From positions 206,630 to 270,629 of the IMG/VR virus record IMGVR_UViG_3300017917_003822: a stretch of DNA of 64,000 nt. One strand, given 5' to 3'. Numbering within the stretch: position 1 is the stretch's first letter; every line of letters starts with the position of its first letter. The notes beneath the pieces were generated by a model. It ran no database searches. It saw nothing but the letters and a program-made list of their open reading frames with translations, and was not told where the DNA came from. Shown piece after piece: positions 47,917-55,189 of the stretch. The position numbers were made by a program, and so were the translations under genes.

Positions 47917-48591
47917 ATGAAAAATTTACATATATTACCGACATCCAAACCAAGTAGATTATATGAATTTGGTGGTGCATATTATATTCAAGACAAGCCA
48001 CAAGAAAATTTTAGAAGTTATAATATCTACATCACTGGGGAGGAAAAAATTAGGATAGGGGATTGGGTAATTGATGATGATTATGACGAACCAGTATTAT
48101 ATAAAGCAGACAAATATTTTTTTGATATTGGTAAGGAAGCTAGAAAAATCATATTAACAACCGACACAGAATTAATTGACGGAGGGGTACAGAACATCCA
48201 AGATGTATTTTTAAGTTGGCTGATCCAGAATCCAACTTGTGAGAAGGTCGAGGTTAGAAAAAATCCAAAAGTGAGTGGAATAGTAAAAGGTTTGGGTATT
48301 AAAAGTTTCGACAACGGTTATAAAATAATAATACCCAAGAATAAGAATAAAGAAGAGAAAGTTAACGAACCTCAAAACTTAAAAAACTTTAAAAAATTAG
48401 ACAGTGCAGCCATGGACGATTCCATAAAGAAAAAAGAAGCAATTGACGGGATTATTGGGGGATTATTTAAGAAATATTCAAACAATACTTCACTAGCTGA
48501 GGGTGATTATGAACACCTAATGGATAGCGAAGATTTTAGAGAAGCTTCTATTGAATTGATTGAATGGTTAGAAAAATTTAAAAAGGAATAG
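47917..48591 (+). CDS. paralog family X, copy 3 (more diverged)
   Basis: NLHILPT, NIYIT, KIILTTD.ELI.GGVQ.I...NPTCEKVEV. Confidence 0.8.
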   Translation: MKNLHILPTSKPSRLYEFGGAYYIQDKPQENFRSYNIYITGEEKIRIGDWVIDDDYDEPVLYKADKYFFDIGKEARKIILTTDTELIDGGVQNIQDVFLSWLIQNPTCEKVEVRKNPKVSGIVKGLGIKSFDNGYKIIIPKNKNKEEKVNEPQNLKNFKKLDSAAMDDSIKKKEAIDGIIGGLFKKYSNNTSLAEGDYEHLMDSEDFREASIELIEWLEKFKKE

Positions 48592-48594
48592 TTC

Positions 48595-48864
48595 ATGAGC
48601 ATTTTTTGTAAATTGGGATTTCATTCATATATCGAAAAAACCATCCATATTAATTGGCTAATGTCAACGGATCCATCAATCGAATGGGCAAAAAAACATT
48701 CAGGATGGCATGAATTTAGAGAGTGTGAAAGATGCGGTAACATTCAACAAAAAAGGATCTCTGTCTTCTATGGAAGGGTTTCTTATATAAGCAAATGGTC
48801 CGAGATGAATAAGGAATCGGAGATGGTTTTTAGAATGTATCTGGGTTTTAATAAAAAAAATTAA
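48595..48864 (+). CDS. hypothetical protein
   Basis: CKLGFH ... RECERCG. Confidence 0.65.
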   Translation: MSIFCKLGFHSYIEKTIHINWLMSTDPSIEWAKKHSGWHEFRECERCGNIQQKRISVFYGRVSYISKWSEMNKESEMVFRMYLGFNKKN

Positions 48865-48865
48865 T

Positions 48866-49234
48866 ATGGAGGGGGTACTGAAAATACGAAACATAGATTC
48901 ATTAAGAAAGCTTAGCTTAAAAAGGGCTATGGGTAAAAGAAAACACGTTTCTGAGATGTATAAATCAATTGACGTGACTCTAAAAACTCTTGAGGAAATT
49001 CAAGAACTCACACCGGAATTACTATGTAGATTAATCAGGAAAAAGGGATTGGTTGGAAAGGAGATTTATAAATTGGATCATGTTATATTTTGCAGACAGC
49101 GAGAGATCCCGGTGAGAGAAGAGGATGTTAATGCACACCTAAACAGACAATCAAATTTAAAAATACCGGTGTTGTTGGTTCCTTATGAATTTAGAGATAA
49201 GTATTCAAGATACATTTACGAGCATTTCAAATAG
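48866..49234 (+). CDS. hypothetical protein
   Basis: ORF in operon. Confidence 0.65.
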   Translation: MEGVLKIRNIDSLRKLSLKRAMGKRKHVSEMYKSIDVTLKTLEEIQELTPELLCRLIRKKGLVGKEIYKLDHVIFCRQREIPVREEDVNAHLNRQSNLKIPVLLVPYEFRDKYSRYIYEHFK

Positions 49235-49255
49235 TCACTACAATTCATTAAAATA

Positions 49256-49287
49256 TTTTTTTGAACCGGGATTCTGTTCTATATTAG
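49256..49287 (+). promoter_or_regulatory. Class A promoter (variant)
   Basis: T-tract-gaaccg-N11-TATATTAG. Confidence 0.6.
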
Positions 49288-49310
49288 CACTATCATTAAA
49301 AAAAAAGCAC

Positions 49311-49484
49311 ATGGCAAAACCTAGAGTTATTCTACAAGAAAAATACAAAAAAGGTGTGGTTGTAGATAAAAATGAAATAAAGAGGATGGTTGATGAAAAC
49401 ATCGAAAAAATAGTTGTTGAAATCAGAGAGACTCTTAAATACAGCGACGGAACTGAGGGTATAGTTATCGAAATCAGATTCTAA
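49311..49484 (+). CDS. small hypothetical protein
   Basis: MAKPRV after promoter. Confidence 0.6.
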   Translation: MAKPRVILQEKYKKGVVVDKNEIKRMVDENIEKIVVEIRETLKYSDGTEGIVIEIRF

Positions 49485-49495
49485 ATCTAGTCTAT

Positions 49496-49864
49496 ATGGA
49501 AAAAGAATTTATACCTTATGAACAGGCATTAGCTTTAAAAGAATTAGGATTTGATGAACCATGTTTTTGGTTATATGATGGAAAAATACTTAAAACTCAA
49601 ATTATACCAAGTAGTAATTCTGATTTTAAATATATTGATATAGTTCAAGCACCACTTAAACAACAAGCATTTAGATGGTTTAGAGAAAAGTATAAATTAT
49701 GTGGTTTAATTGAGATTGGAACACAAGAGTTTTCTTATCAAGTTTTTAATAATAAAGGGAATAGACAACTTGGAACTGAACCTATAAGCTATAATGGAAC
49801 CTACGAAGAAGCAGAACTTGAATGTTTAAAGAAACTAATTGAAATTGTTAAAGATAAGAAATAA
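49496..49864 (+). CDS. paralog family Y, copy 1
   Basis: MEKEFIPYEQAL.LKELGFDEPC ... AFRWFREKY ... YEEAELECLKKLIEIVK. Confidence 0.8.
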   Translation: MEKEFIPYEQALALKELGFDEPCFWLYDGKILKTQIIPSSNSDFKYIDIVQAPLKQQAFRWFREKYKLCGLIEIGTQEFSYQVFNNKGNRQLGTEPISYNGTYEEAELECLKKLIEIVKDKK

Positions 49865-50285
49865 TGGAAAAAGAATTTGTGCCTTATGAACAAGCACTAA
49901 CTTTAAAAGAACTTGGTTTTGATGAACCTTGTTTAGGTTACTACTTAACTAATTTGTTAACAAACGAAGTAAAACTATTTATTGATAATAGAACAGGACT
50001 TTCATCATTTGAAAAAACTACACCTGCTCCAACATTCTCTCAAGTATTTAGATGGTTTAGAGAGAAGTATAACTTGAGAGGATTTATTGGATTTAGACCA
50101 AATGTAAAAAAATTTGATTGTCATGTTTATGATATGTCTCTGTCTGGCAAAGAATATGTTGAACAAAGAACTATGGAAGAGTTTAACAAAGACCCTAAAG
50201 TTGGAACCTACGAAGAAGCAGAACTTGAATGTTTAAAGAAACTAATTGAAATTGTTAAAGATAAGAAATAATGGAAAAAGAATTT
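49795..50285 (+). repeat. 84-bp perfect direct repeats (49795-49878 and 50202-50285)
   Basis: Identical by manual comparison; each spans a stop/start junction. Confidence 0.9.
49864..50271 (+). CDS. paralog family Y, copy 2
   Basis: Same three blocks. Confidence 0.8.
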   Translation: MEKEFVPYEQALTLKELGFDEPCLGYYLTNLLTNEVKLFIDNRTGLSSFEKTTPAPTFSQVFRWFREKYNLRGFIGFRPNVKKFDCHVYDMSLSGKEYVEQRTMEEFNKDPKVGTYEEAELECLKKLIEIVKDKK

Positions 50286-50777
50286 ATTCCTTACGAACAA
50301 GCATTAGTTTTAAAAGAATTAGGATTTGATGAACCTTGTTTTAAATATGTTTATATTGGAGATACTGGAAATAACTTTGATCATTATCTTGAAGTAGAAC
50401 CATCAAAGGCAAAAAATTATAATGAGGATGATTTATGTATATCACAGCCAACTTACTCAGCAGCATTTAGATGGTTTAGAGAGAAGTATAATATTCATCA
50501 TTCAATGAGACCCGTGGTTGGATCTAAAAATGGATACGACTCATATCCAATTTTGGGGTGGGAATCAGATATTTTTGCTACAAATCAAGGAACTCAAAAT
50601 TCATATTACATGGGATATCCGGTCTGTGAGTGGTTCACAGCAACACTAGATAATTTTGACGAGGGTGACACATTGAAGGATTTGAATTTAGATCCACTTA
50701 AATATGAAGAGGCAGAGCTTAAATGTTTAAAAAATATTATAAAATACGTCAAAAAAGAAAAGCTGAATGGAAGATAA
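50271..50777 (+). CDS. paralog family Y, copy 3
   Basis: Same blocks, diverged 3' end. Confidence 0.8.
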   Translation: MEKEFIPYEQALVLKELGFDEPCFKYVYIGDTGNNFDHYLEVEPSKAKNYNEDDLCISQPTYSAAFRWFREKYNIHHSMRPVVGSKNGYDSYPILGWESDIFATNQGTQNSYYMGYPVCEWFTATLDNFDEGDTLKDLNLDPLKYEEAELKCLKNIIKYVKKEKLNGR

Positions 50778-50894
50778 CTCATTAGGTACCGGTATAGGTA
50801 TGATCCTAGTTTTTATTGTTATTCCATTATTCTCAGAAATTATTTCCATTATCCTTAGTTGGAACAAAAGGAATAGGAAATAGTAAAATGAAGG

Positions 50895-50982
50895 AGTCAG
50901 GTGACTGGTGTCTGCACAGTAAGCTGTGTGTTGGTTCGATCCCAACGAGGTGTAAATTCAGGTTCGAATCCTGTCCTGACTA
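50895..50982 (+). ncRNA. tRNA-like element 1 (two T-arms)
   Basis: agtcagg/cctgact acceptor; gttgg-TTCGATC-ccaac and cagg-TTCGAAT-cctg. Confidence 0.65.
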
Positions 50983-51076
50983 CTAAGGTTAAACATTGAA
51001 TACCTTTGTAAATGTTAGAAGTGAGGAAGAGTACCTCAATAAAAAATAAGTTCAATTAAGAACAAATAATTTACAT

Positions 51077-51260
51077 AAAGATACTATCAGTAATGGTAGA
51101 TGTGTTGTTCCCTTGAGAAAGGAATGGGCAAAGGTGGCTAATTAAAGTTAACAACAACTCCACACAACACAAATGAGTTCTCAGCAAGTAGTTCGAAAAG
51201 CTATGCAGTTTTAAAACTCTTATGGAGCCTTACAAACTAGAACTACGTGACCCTACTCCA
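51077..51260 (+). ncRNA. candidate structured RNA A
   Basis: No ORF; stems tgtgttgt/acaacaca, gtagttc/gaactac, gagtt/aactc. Confidence 0.4.
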
Positions 51261-51263
51261 CTT

Positions 51264-51314
51264 GGGCGATTCACAGATGAGTTGTTAAGACAGGTTTGAA
51301 TCCTGTATTGTCCT
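51264..51314 (+). ncRNA. mini acceptor plus T-arm element
   Basis: gggcgat/attgtcc with acagg-TTTGAAT-cctgt; 19-nt linker. Confidence 0.4.
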
Positions 51315-51335
51315 ACCGAAAGAGGGTGCTAAAAA

Positions 51336-51457
51336 AGTCAGGTGGCAGAATGGTAAACGCATGCTCCATCGGTGATACATCTCCTCGATGGACATGGTAT
51401 TTATTAAGTTCGCTTAATAATGTAAAACTGGTGCAGGTTCGAATCCTGCCCTGACTT
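51336..51457 (+). ncRNA. tRNA-like element 2
   Basis: agtcagg/cctgact; D-arm gcagaatggtaaacgc; 7-bp arm with 14-nt loop; 8-bp UUCG hairpin; gcagg-TTCGAAT-cctgc. Confidence 0.75.
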
Positions 51458-51474
51458 CTATTAACTACAAAGAA

Positions 51475-51696
51475 ATGAAAAATCCAAAAATCAAAACGAA
51501 GGTTGTGCATTCAGAATCAAAACCTGCATGGAATATAATAGGAACAACATTGGGAGGAAAGTACAAAATAGCAAGAGTCCCTTATTTAGTGGAAACTGGA
51601 AATGATATTATAGACGCCAGGGAAAAAGCTGAAGCACTTGAACATGCAAATTTCATATCCTTCTGTTTTAACAATTCAGATTCAATCTGCAAGTAA
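51475..51696 (+). CDS. conserved phage hypothetical protein
   Basis: VVHS.SK.AWNIIG..LG.KYKIAR.PY. Confidence 0.7.
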   Translation: MKNPKIKTKVVHSESKPAWNIIGTTLGGKYKIARVPYLVETGNDIIDAREKAEALEHANFISFCFNNSDSICK

Positions 51697-51717
51697 CTAA
51701 AAAAATCTCAAGAATTA

Positions 51718-51749
51718 TTTTTTTATTCCGATCTGATATCTTACATTAG
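51718..51749 (+). promoter_or_regulatory. Class A promoter (variant)
   Basis: T-tract-attccg-N11-TACATTAG. Confidence 0.65.
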
Positions 51750-51781
51750 CAAAGTAAAAATAAACAAAAAGTTAAATCTAG

Positions 51782-51913
51782 ATGTTGGTAGAAATTTGTA
51801 ATTATTGCAACAAGTTGCTGGGAATATTAATCTTTAACGGTAAACCCTGCTGTCAATTTTGTGAGGAGGAACAGAAAAAGAAATCAAAAAATACCAAAGA
51901 AAATGAAAAGTAG
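51782..51913 (+). CDS. small Zn-finger protein (43 aa, not in track)
   Basis: MLVEICNYCNKLLGILIFNGKPCCQFCEEE. Confidence 0.6.
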   Translation: MLVEICNYCNKLLGILIFNGKPCCQFCEEEQKKKSKNTKENEK

Positions 51914-52151
51914 AGGATGCAACGATTGCAAGAACTACAAATCAGAATTCGATTTCTGGGGAGAGAAACCAACACAAAGAATATGTTTATCTGGTAATGA
52001 TCTCGAGGTAAATGCATGGTGGAGGGATAATGGCAGAAAAAATATCAATGATGAGGTGGATTCAATGGATTGTTTCGAGGAGACAGAGTCTTCGAAAATG
52101 CTGAATAAAATGTCATCTTTATTGGATAAGATGAACGAAGTTCTAAAATAA
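51903..52151 (+). CDS. Cys-containing hypothetical protein
   Basis: MKSRGCNDC; ATG at 51903. Confidence 0.65.
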   Translation: MKSRGCNDCKNYKSEFDFWGEKPTQRICLSGNDLEVNAWWRDNGRKNINDEVDSMDCFEETESSKMLNKMSSLLDKMNEVLK

Positions 52152-52155
52152 AAAA

Positions 52156-52325
52156 GGTCGGGTGGCGGAATTTAATCGATTGCTGAAATTGGCCAATCTA
52201 CGAATCGATTATCGGTAGACGTTATGAGAAAACCCAAATACTGAGGGCGTCCATCTAGGGAGTGATAAAGGCAATACTAGTTTACCAATCAGGCTCCCGT
52301 CCAGGTTCGAATCCTGTACCGACTA
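52156..52325 (+). ncRNA. tRNA-like element 3 (hairpin inserted in D-loop)
   Basis: ggtcggg/accgact; gcggaat[insert]cggtagacgt; cagg-TTCGAAT-cctg. Confidence 0.65.
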
Positions 52326-52331
52326 CAATGA

Positions 52332-52473
52332 GTTGATTACTCAGATGGATTCATCTATCCTGAAAGATGCCGACATACTCTTGGGCGTAAGGCAAGAGCG
52401 GGTTTTGAAATTCAGTAGCGCCGTTACGGAAACTGAGCTCGGAGGGCAATAAACTTCGTGAGGTCTAATCAAC
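52332..52473 (+). ncRNA. candidate multibranch RNA B
   Basis: Closed by gttgatta/taatcaac; internal ctcttg/caagag and ttcagt/actgag. Confidence 0.5.
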
Positions 52474-52486
52474 CGTAATTGCAAAT

Positions 52487-52564
52487 AGTCAGGTGGCGGA
52501 ATTGGTAGCGCATTTCTCTATACCAACGAGAATCGGAGTGCAGGTTCGAATCCTGTCCTGACTA
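52487..52564 (+). ncRNA. tRNA-like element 4 (9-nt anticodon loop)
   Basis: agtcagg/cctgact; gcggaattggtagcgc; ttctc-tataccaac-gagaa; gcagg-TTCGAAT-cctgt. Confidence 0.75.
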
Positions 52565-52579
52565 CTAAAAATTGGAAGT

Positions 52580-53194
52580 ATGATAGTAAATAAAATTGAA
52601 TTTCCTAAGTTCACTGGAGTAAAATGTAATATGATGCCATTCATCCAGGGGGACAGTTCATCATTACCAGATGAATATAAATCCTACTCAAAAATAGTCG
52701 AGGAGAATTATATTGAGAAGGGAGAGGTTGGCTATCTAACTATTGACGAATCCTTTGTTAGTTCGGGTGAATCCCAAAGAGGGTACAATTCCAAAGGGAT
52801 TAACAGAAACGTTCATATAGAAGTTGGACGATGTGGTGATAAAAACAGATGGGGAGGAAGTGGAGGAGGATCGTCTTGGGGAGGTAGAAATCAAACTTTT
52901 CTTTCCGACGACACAATGGTTCTAATTGCCAATAACATTTCTGACACTTGCAGGGTGTGGGACACAAAGGAGTTATCATACACAGATGACGGGGATTTGA
53001 GTGAGTACATAGACAAATATCCTGAGAATACCGGGATTATGTTAAAATCGGGTGAGGTTGCAAAGATAAGTATTTTTACTCCGCATGAATGCGTTACACA
53101 AAAAGAATCAGGTCTTAGACAATTCTTCAGGATTGTCGGTAAAGGTGTCACTGGGAGAGAAGAATATTTTACAATTAATCCATTGTTGAATTAG
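52580..53194 (+). CDS. putative 2OG-Fe(II)/DSBH-fold dioxygenase
   Basis: YLTIDE..V..G..QR, HIE, TPHE, RQFFR. Confidence 0.6.
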   Translation: MIVNKIEFPKFTGVKCNMMPFIQGDSSSLPDEYKSYSKIVEENYIEKGEVGYLTIDESFVSSGESQRGYNSKGINRNVHIEVGRCGDKNRWGGSGGGSSWGGRNQTFLSDDTMVLIANNISDTCRVWDTKELSYTDDGDLSEYIDKYPENTGIMLKSGEVAKISIFTPHECVTQKESGLRQFFRIVGKGVTGREEYFTINPLLN

Positions 53195-53203
53195 TTACAA
53201 AAG

Positions 53204-53316
53204 CCCTAAGGCCAAGGGATCGTAGAACAGAAGCTGCCTCTTAACAATGCACACTGACTTCTCTGAATCGTAAGTCAGCACAGTTTCGGATGTTCTGGTG
53301 GTATTATAAAAACATC
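53204..53316 (+). ncRNA. candidate structured RNA C
   Basis: gaagctg/cagtttc enclosing ctgactt/aagtcag; ccct/aggg; gatgtt/aacatc. Confidence 0.4.
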
Positions 53317-53321
53317 TAAAA

Positions 53322-53431
53322 GGTCAGGTGGCGGAATTGGCTATCGCACTCCACTTAAATATGGAGAGTATTGTTTCAACACAGTTAATCAGGTGAAAGG
53401 CACCATACAGGTTCGAGTCCTGTCCTGACCA
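53322..53431 (+). tRNA. atypical tRNA-Leu(UAA)-like element 5 (8-nt loop, enlarged variable arm)
   Basis: ggtcagg/cctgacc-A73; gcggaattggctatcgc; ctcca-cttaaata-tggag; acagg-TTCGAGT-cctgt; no encoded CCA. Confidence 0.65.
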
Positions 53432-53444
53432 CAAAAATAAAGTT

Positions 53445-53627
53445 ATGATTGTAGAAATTTATCAATCCGAAATTGAAAATAGTATAACTGTGATATCCGA
53501 TGAATCTCAGAAGAAATTATTAGAACCCGATGCGGTACTATTAAGAACCATTGAGGGTGATGATTGGAATGATTGTATGACTCAACATCATAAATTAATG
53601 GGATGGGAACCTTATAAACCATTTTAA
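53445..53627 (+). CDS. hypothetical protein
   Basis: Short ORF, GWEPY.P ending. Confidence 0.65.
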   Translation: MIVEIYQSEIENSITVISDESQKKLLEPDAVLLRTIEGDDWNDCMTQHHKLMGWEPYKPF

Positions 53628-53633
53628 AAAACT

Positions 53634-54245
53634 ATGGAATTTGTAAAAAAACCGGCATTTAATTATACACATCTCAAAGGATTGAGAAAATACATTAAGA
53701 ATACTAAAGGATTTATAGCCGGAGGGTGTTTTAAAGATATTTTTTCAGGAAAGAAACTTAGAGACGTCGATATTTTCTTCCCAACTGAGGAGGACTATAA
53801 CAAGGCACTTGAGATCTACACAAAAAAATGCAAGGGTAAAAAAGGGGGATTGAGTGAGATATACTCTAATGATAATTGCACAGGATACAGAGATTCCAAA
53901 AGAGGTATAAATATTGAGCTTATAAAATCTATATTTGGAAATCCGGAGGATGTTATTAATCAATTTGATTTTACTGTGGTTCAAGCGGCATATTTCAATC
54001 CGGAGGGGGACGAACCAATACAGTTCATATATCACCCGCAGTTTTTTGAACACCTAACCCTAAAAAGGTTGGTTGTTAACTCCGATAATATAGTAAAACC
54101 TGTCTCAACTCTAAACAGGGCATTTAAATATGCCGGGTATGGGTTTGGTTTATGTCGGGAGAGTAAGGTAACTTTGACTAAAGCTGTTATCGAGAGAGGA
54201 GTTGTTGACGATATTAACGGCGATCTTTATTTTGGATTCGATTAA
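53634..54245 (+). CDS. phage nucleotidyltransferase (poly(A) pol/CCA-like head)
   Basis: FIAGGCFKDIF....RDVDIFF, FDFTV.Q. Confidence 0.8.
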   Translation: MEFVKKPAFNYTHLKGLRKYIKNTKGFIAGGCFKDIFSGKKLRDVDIFFPTEEDYNKALEIYTKKCKGKKGGLSEIYSNDNCTGYRDSKRGINIELIKSIFGNPEDVINQFDFTVVQAAYFNPEGDEPIQFIYHPQFFEHLTLKRLVVNSDNIVKPVSTLNRAFKYAGYGFGLCRESKVTLTKAVIERGVVDDINGDLYFGFD

Positions 54246-54259
54246 TTAAATACTAAAAT

Positions 54260-54466
54260 ATGAGAAATTTGTTTATATTTCTGATCTTTTTAACTTTAAC
54301 ATCATGCTCAGTTGAGAAGAGAATCAAGGATCACAGCTACACTGAAGAGTGGCACTTCGAGAACGGAACAAGATACCAAGTCTATAAAACAAAGACTGGT
54401 AGAAAATACATCATAGTTTTTACACGAAACAACTACAATTTAAAAAGGAAATACATTAGAACCTAA
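54260..54466 (+). CDS. putative lipoprotein
   Basis: LTLTSC lipobox. Confidence 0.65.
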   Translation: MRNLFIFLIFLTLTSCSVEKRIKDHSYTEEWHFENGTRYQVYKTKTGRKYIIVFTRNNYNLKRKYIRT

Positions 54467-54518
54467 AAAGAGAAACTAATACATTTTAGCAGCATAGAAT
54501 AATAAAAAGATAAACAAA

Positions 54519-54953
54519 ATGAGTAAAGTAAAGATTTCAACAGATAAGGGAGATATGATCGCGGAATTATATGATAAGGAAACTCCGATCACAGTAAACA
54601 ACTTTTTAAAGTTGATCAACGAGGGATTTTATAACGGATTGAATTTTCATCGAGTTATTCCAAATTTCGTTATCCAAGGAGGATGTCCAAATGGGACAGG
54701 TGCAGGTGGTCCTGGTTACACTATTCCGTGTGAGGTAACCGCACCTAATCAATACCATGACAGAGGAGTTTTATCCATGGCGCATGCAGGGCGTAATACC
54801 GGAGGATCTCAGTTCTTCATCTGTCACAGCAGACAAAACACTGCACACCTTGACGGAAACCACACATGCTTCGGTAAAGTTGTGGAGGGATTGGATATTA
54901 TAGATTCGATCCAAATGGGAGATAAAATTAATTCAATCACAGTAACAGAGTAA
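54519..54953 (+). CDS. cyclophilin-type peptidyl-prolyl isomerase
   Basis: [37 protein letters not shown]. Confidence 0.93.
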   Translation: MSKVKISTDKGDMIAELYDKETPITVNNFLKLINEGFYNGLNFHRVIPNFVIQGGCPNGTGAGGPGYTIPCEVTAPNQYHDRGVLSMAHAGRNTGGSQFFICHSRQNTAHLDGNHTCFGKVVEGLDIIDSIQMGDKINSITVTE

Positions 54954-54955
54954 TT

Positions 54956-55189
54956 ATGGCAAAGATCAATAAAACAAACACGATGGTGAGCTACTCTATT
55001 GAGAAGGATAATGTCGAGTATGCAGTAAGAATCAACACTAATCACGAGACAGGTAAAGATGAGTGGACTATTCTGGATTCGGATGGCAACGATGTTGCTG
55101 ATGTCGATCTTGTTGAGGAAATGGTATTTTTGGTTGAAGCTTACATTAATTACGAAATCATAAATAAGCATGACTTCCATAACAACTAA
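54956..55189 (+). CDS. hypothetical protein
   Basis: ORF in operon. Confidence 0.6.
   Translation: MAKINKTNTMVSYSIEKDNVEYAVRINTNHETGKDEWTILDSDGNDVADVDLVEEMVFLVEAYINYEIINKHDFHNN

Noticed and set aside
51181-51240. tmRNA tag-like frame (ASSSKSYAVL...) upstream of the mini tRNA module
   Set aside because: It does not end in AA-stop, and its position before the 5' acceptor strand fits neither one-piece nor permuted tmRNA
53195-53250. aagccctaag / gttacaa..gccc resembling pistol or twister ribozyme cores
   Set aside because: No upstream ttagggc partner for the pistol pseudoknot, and the twister motif spacing does not fit
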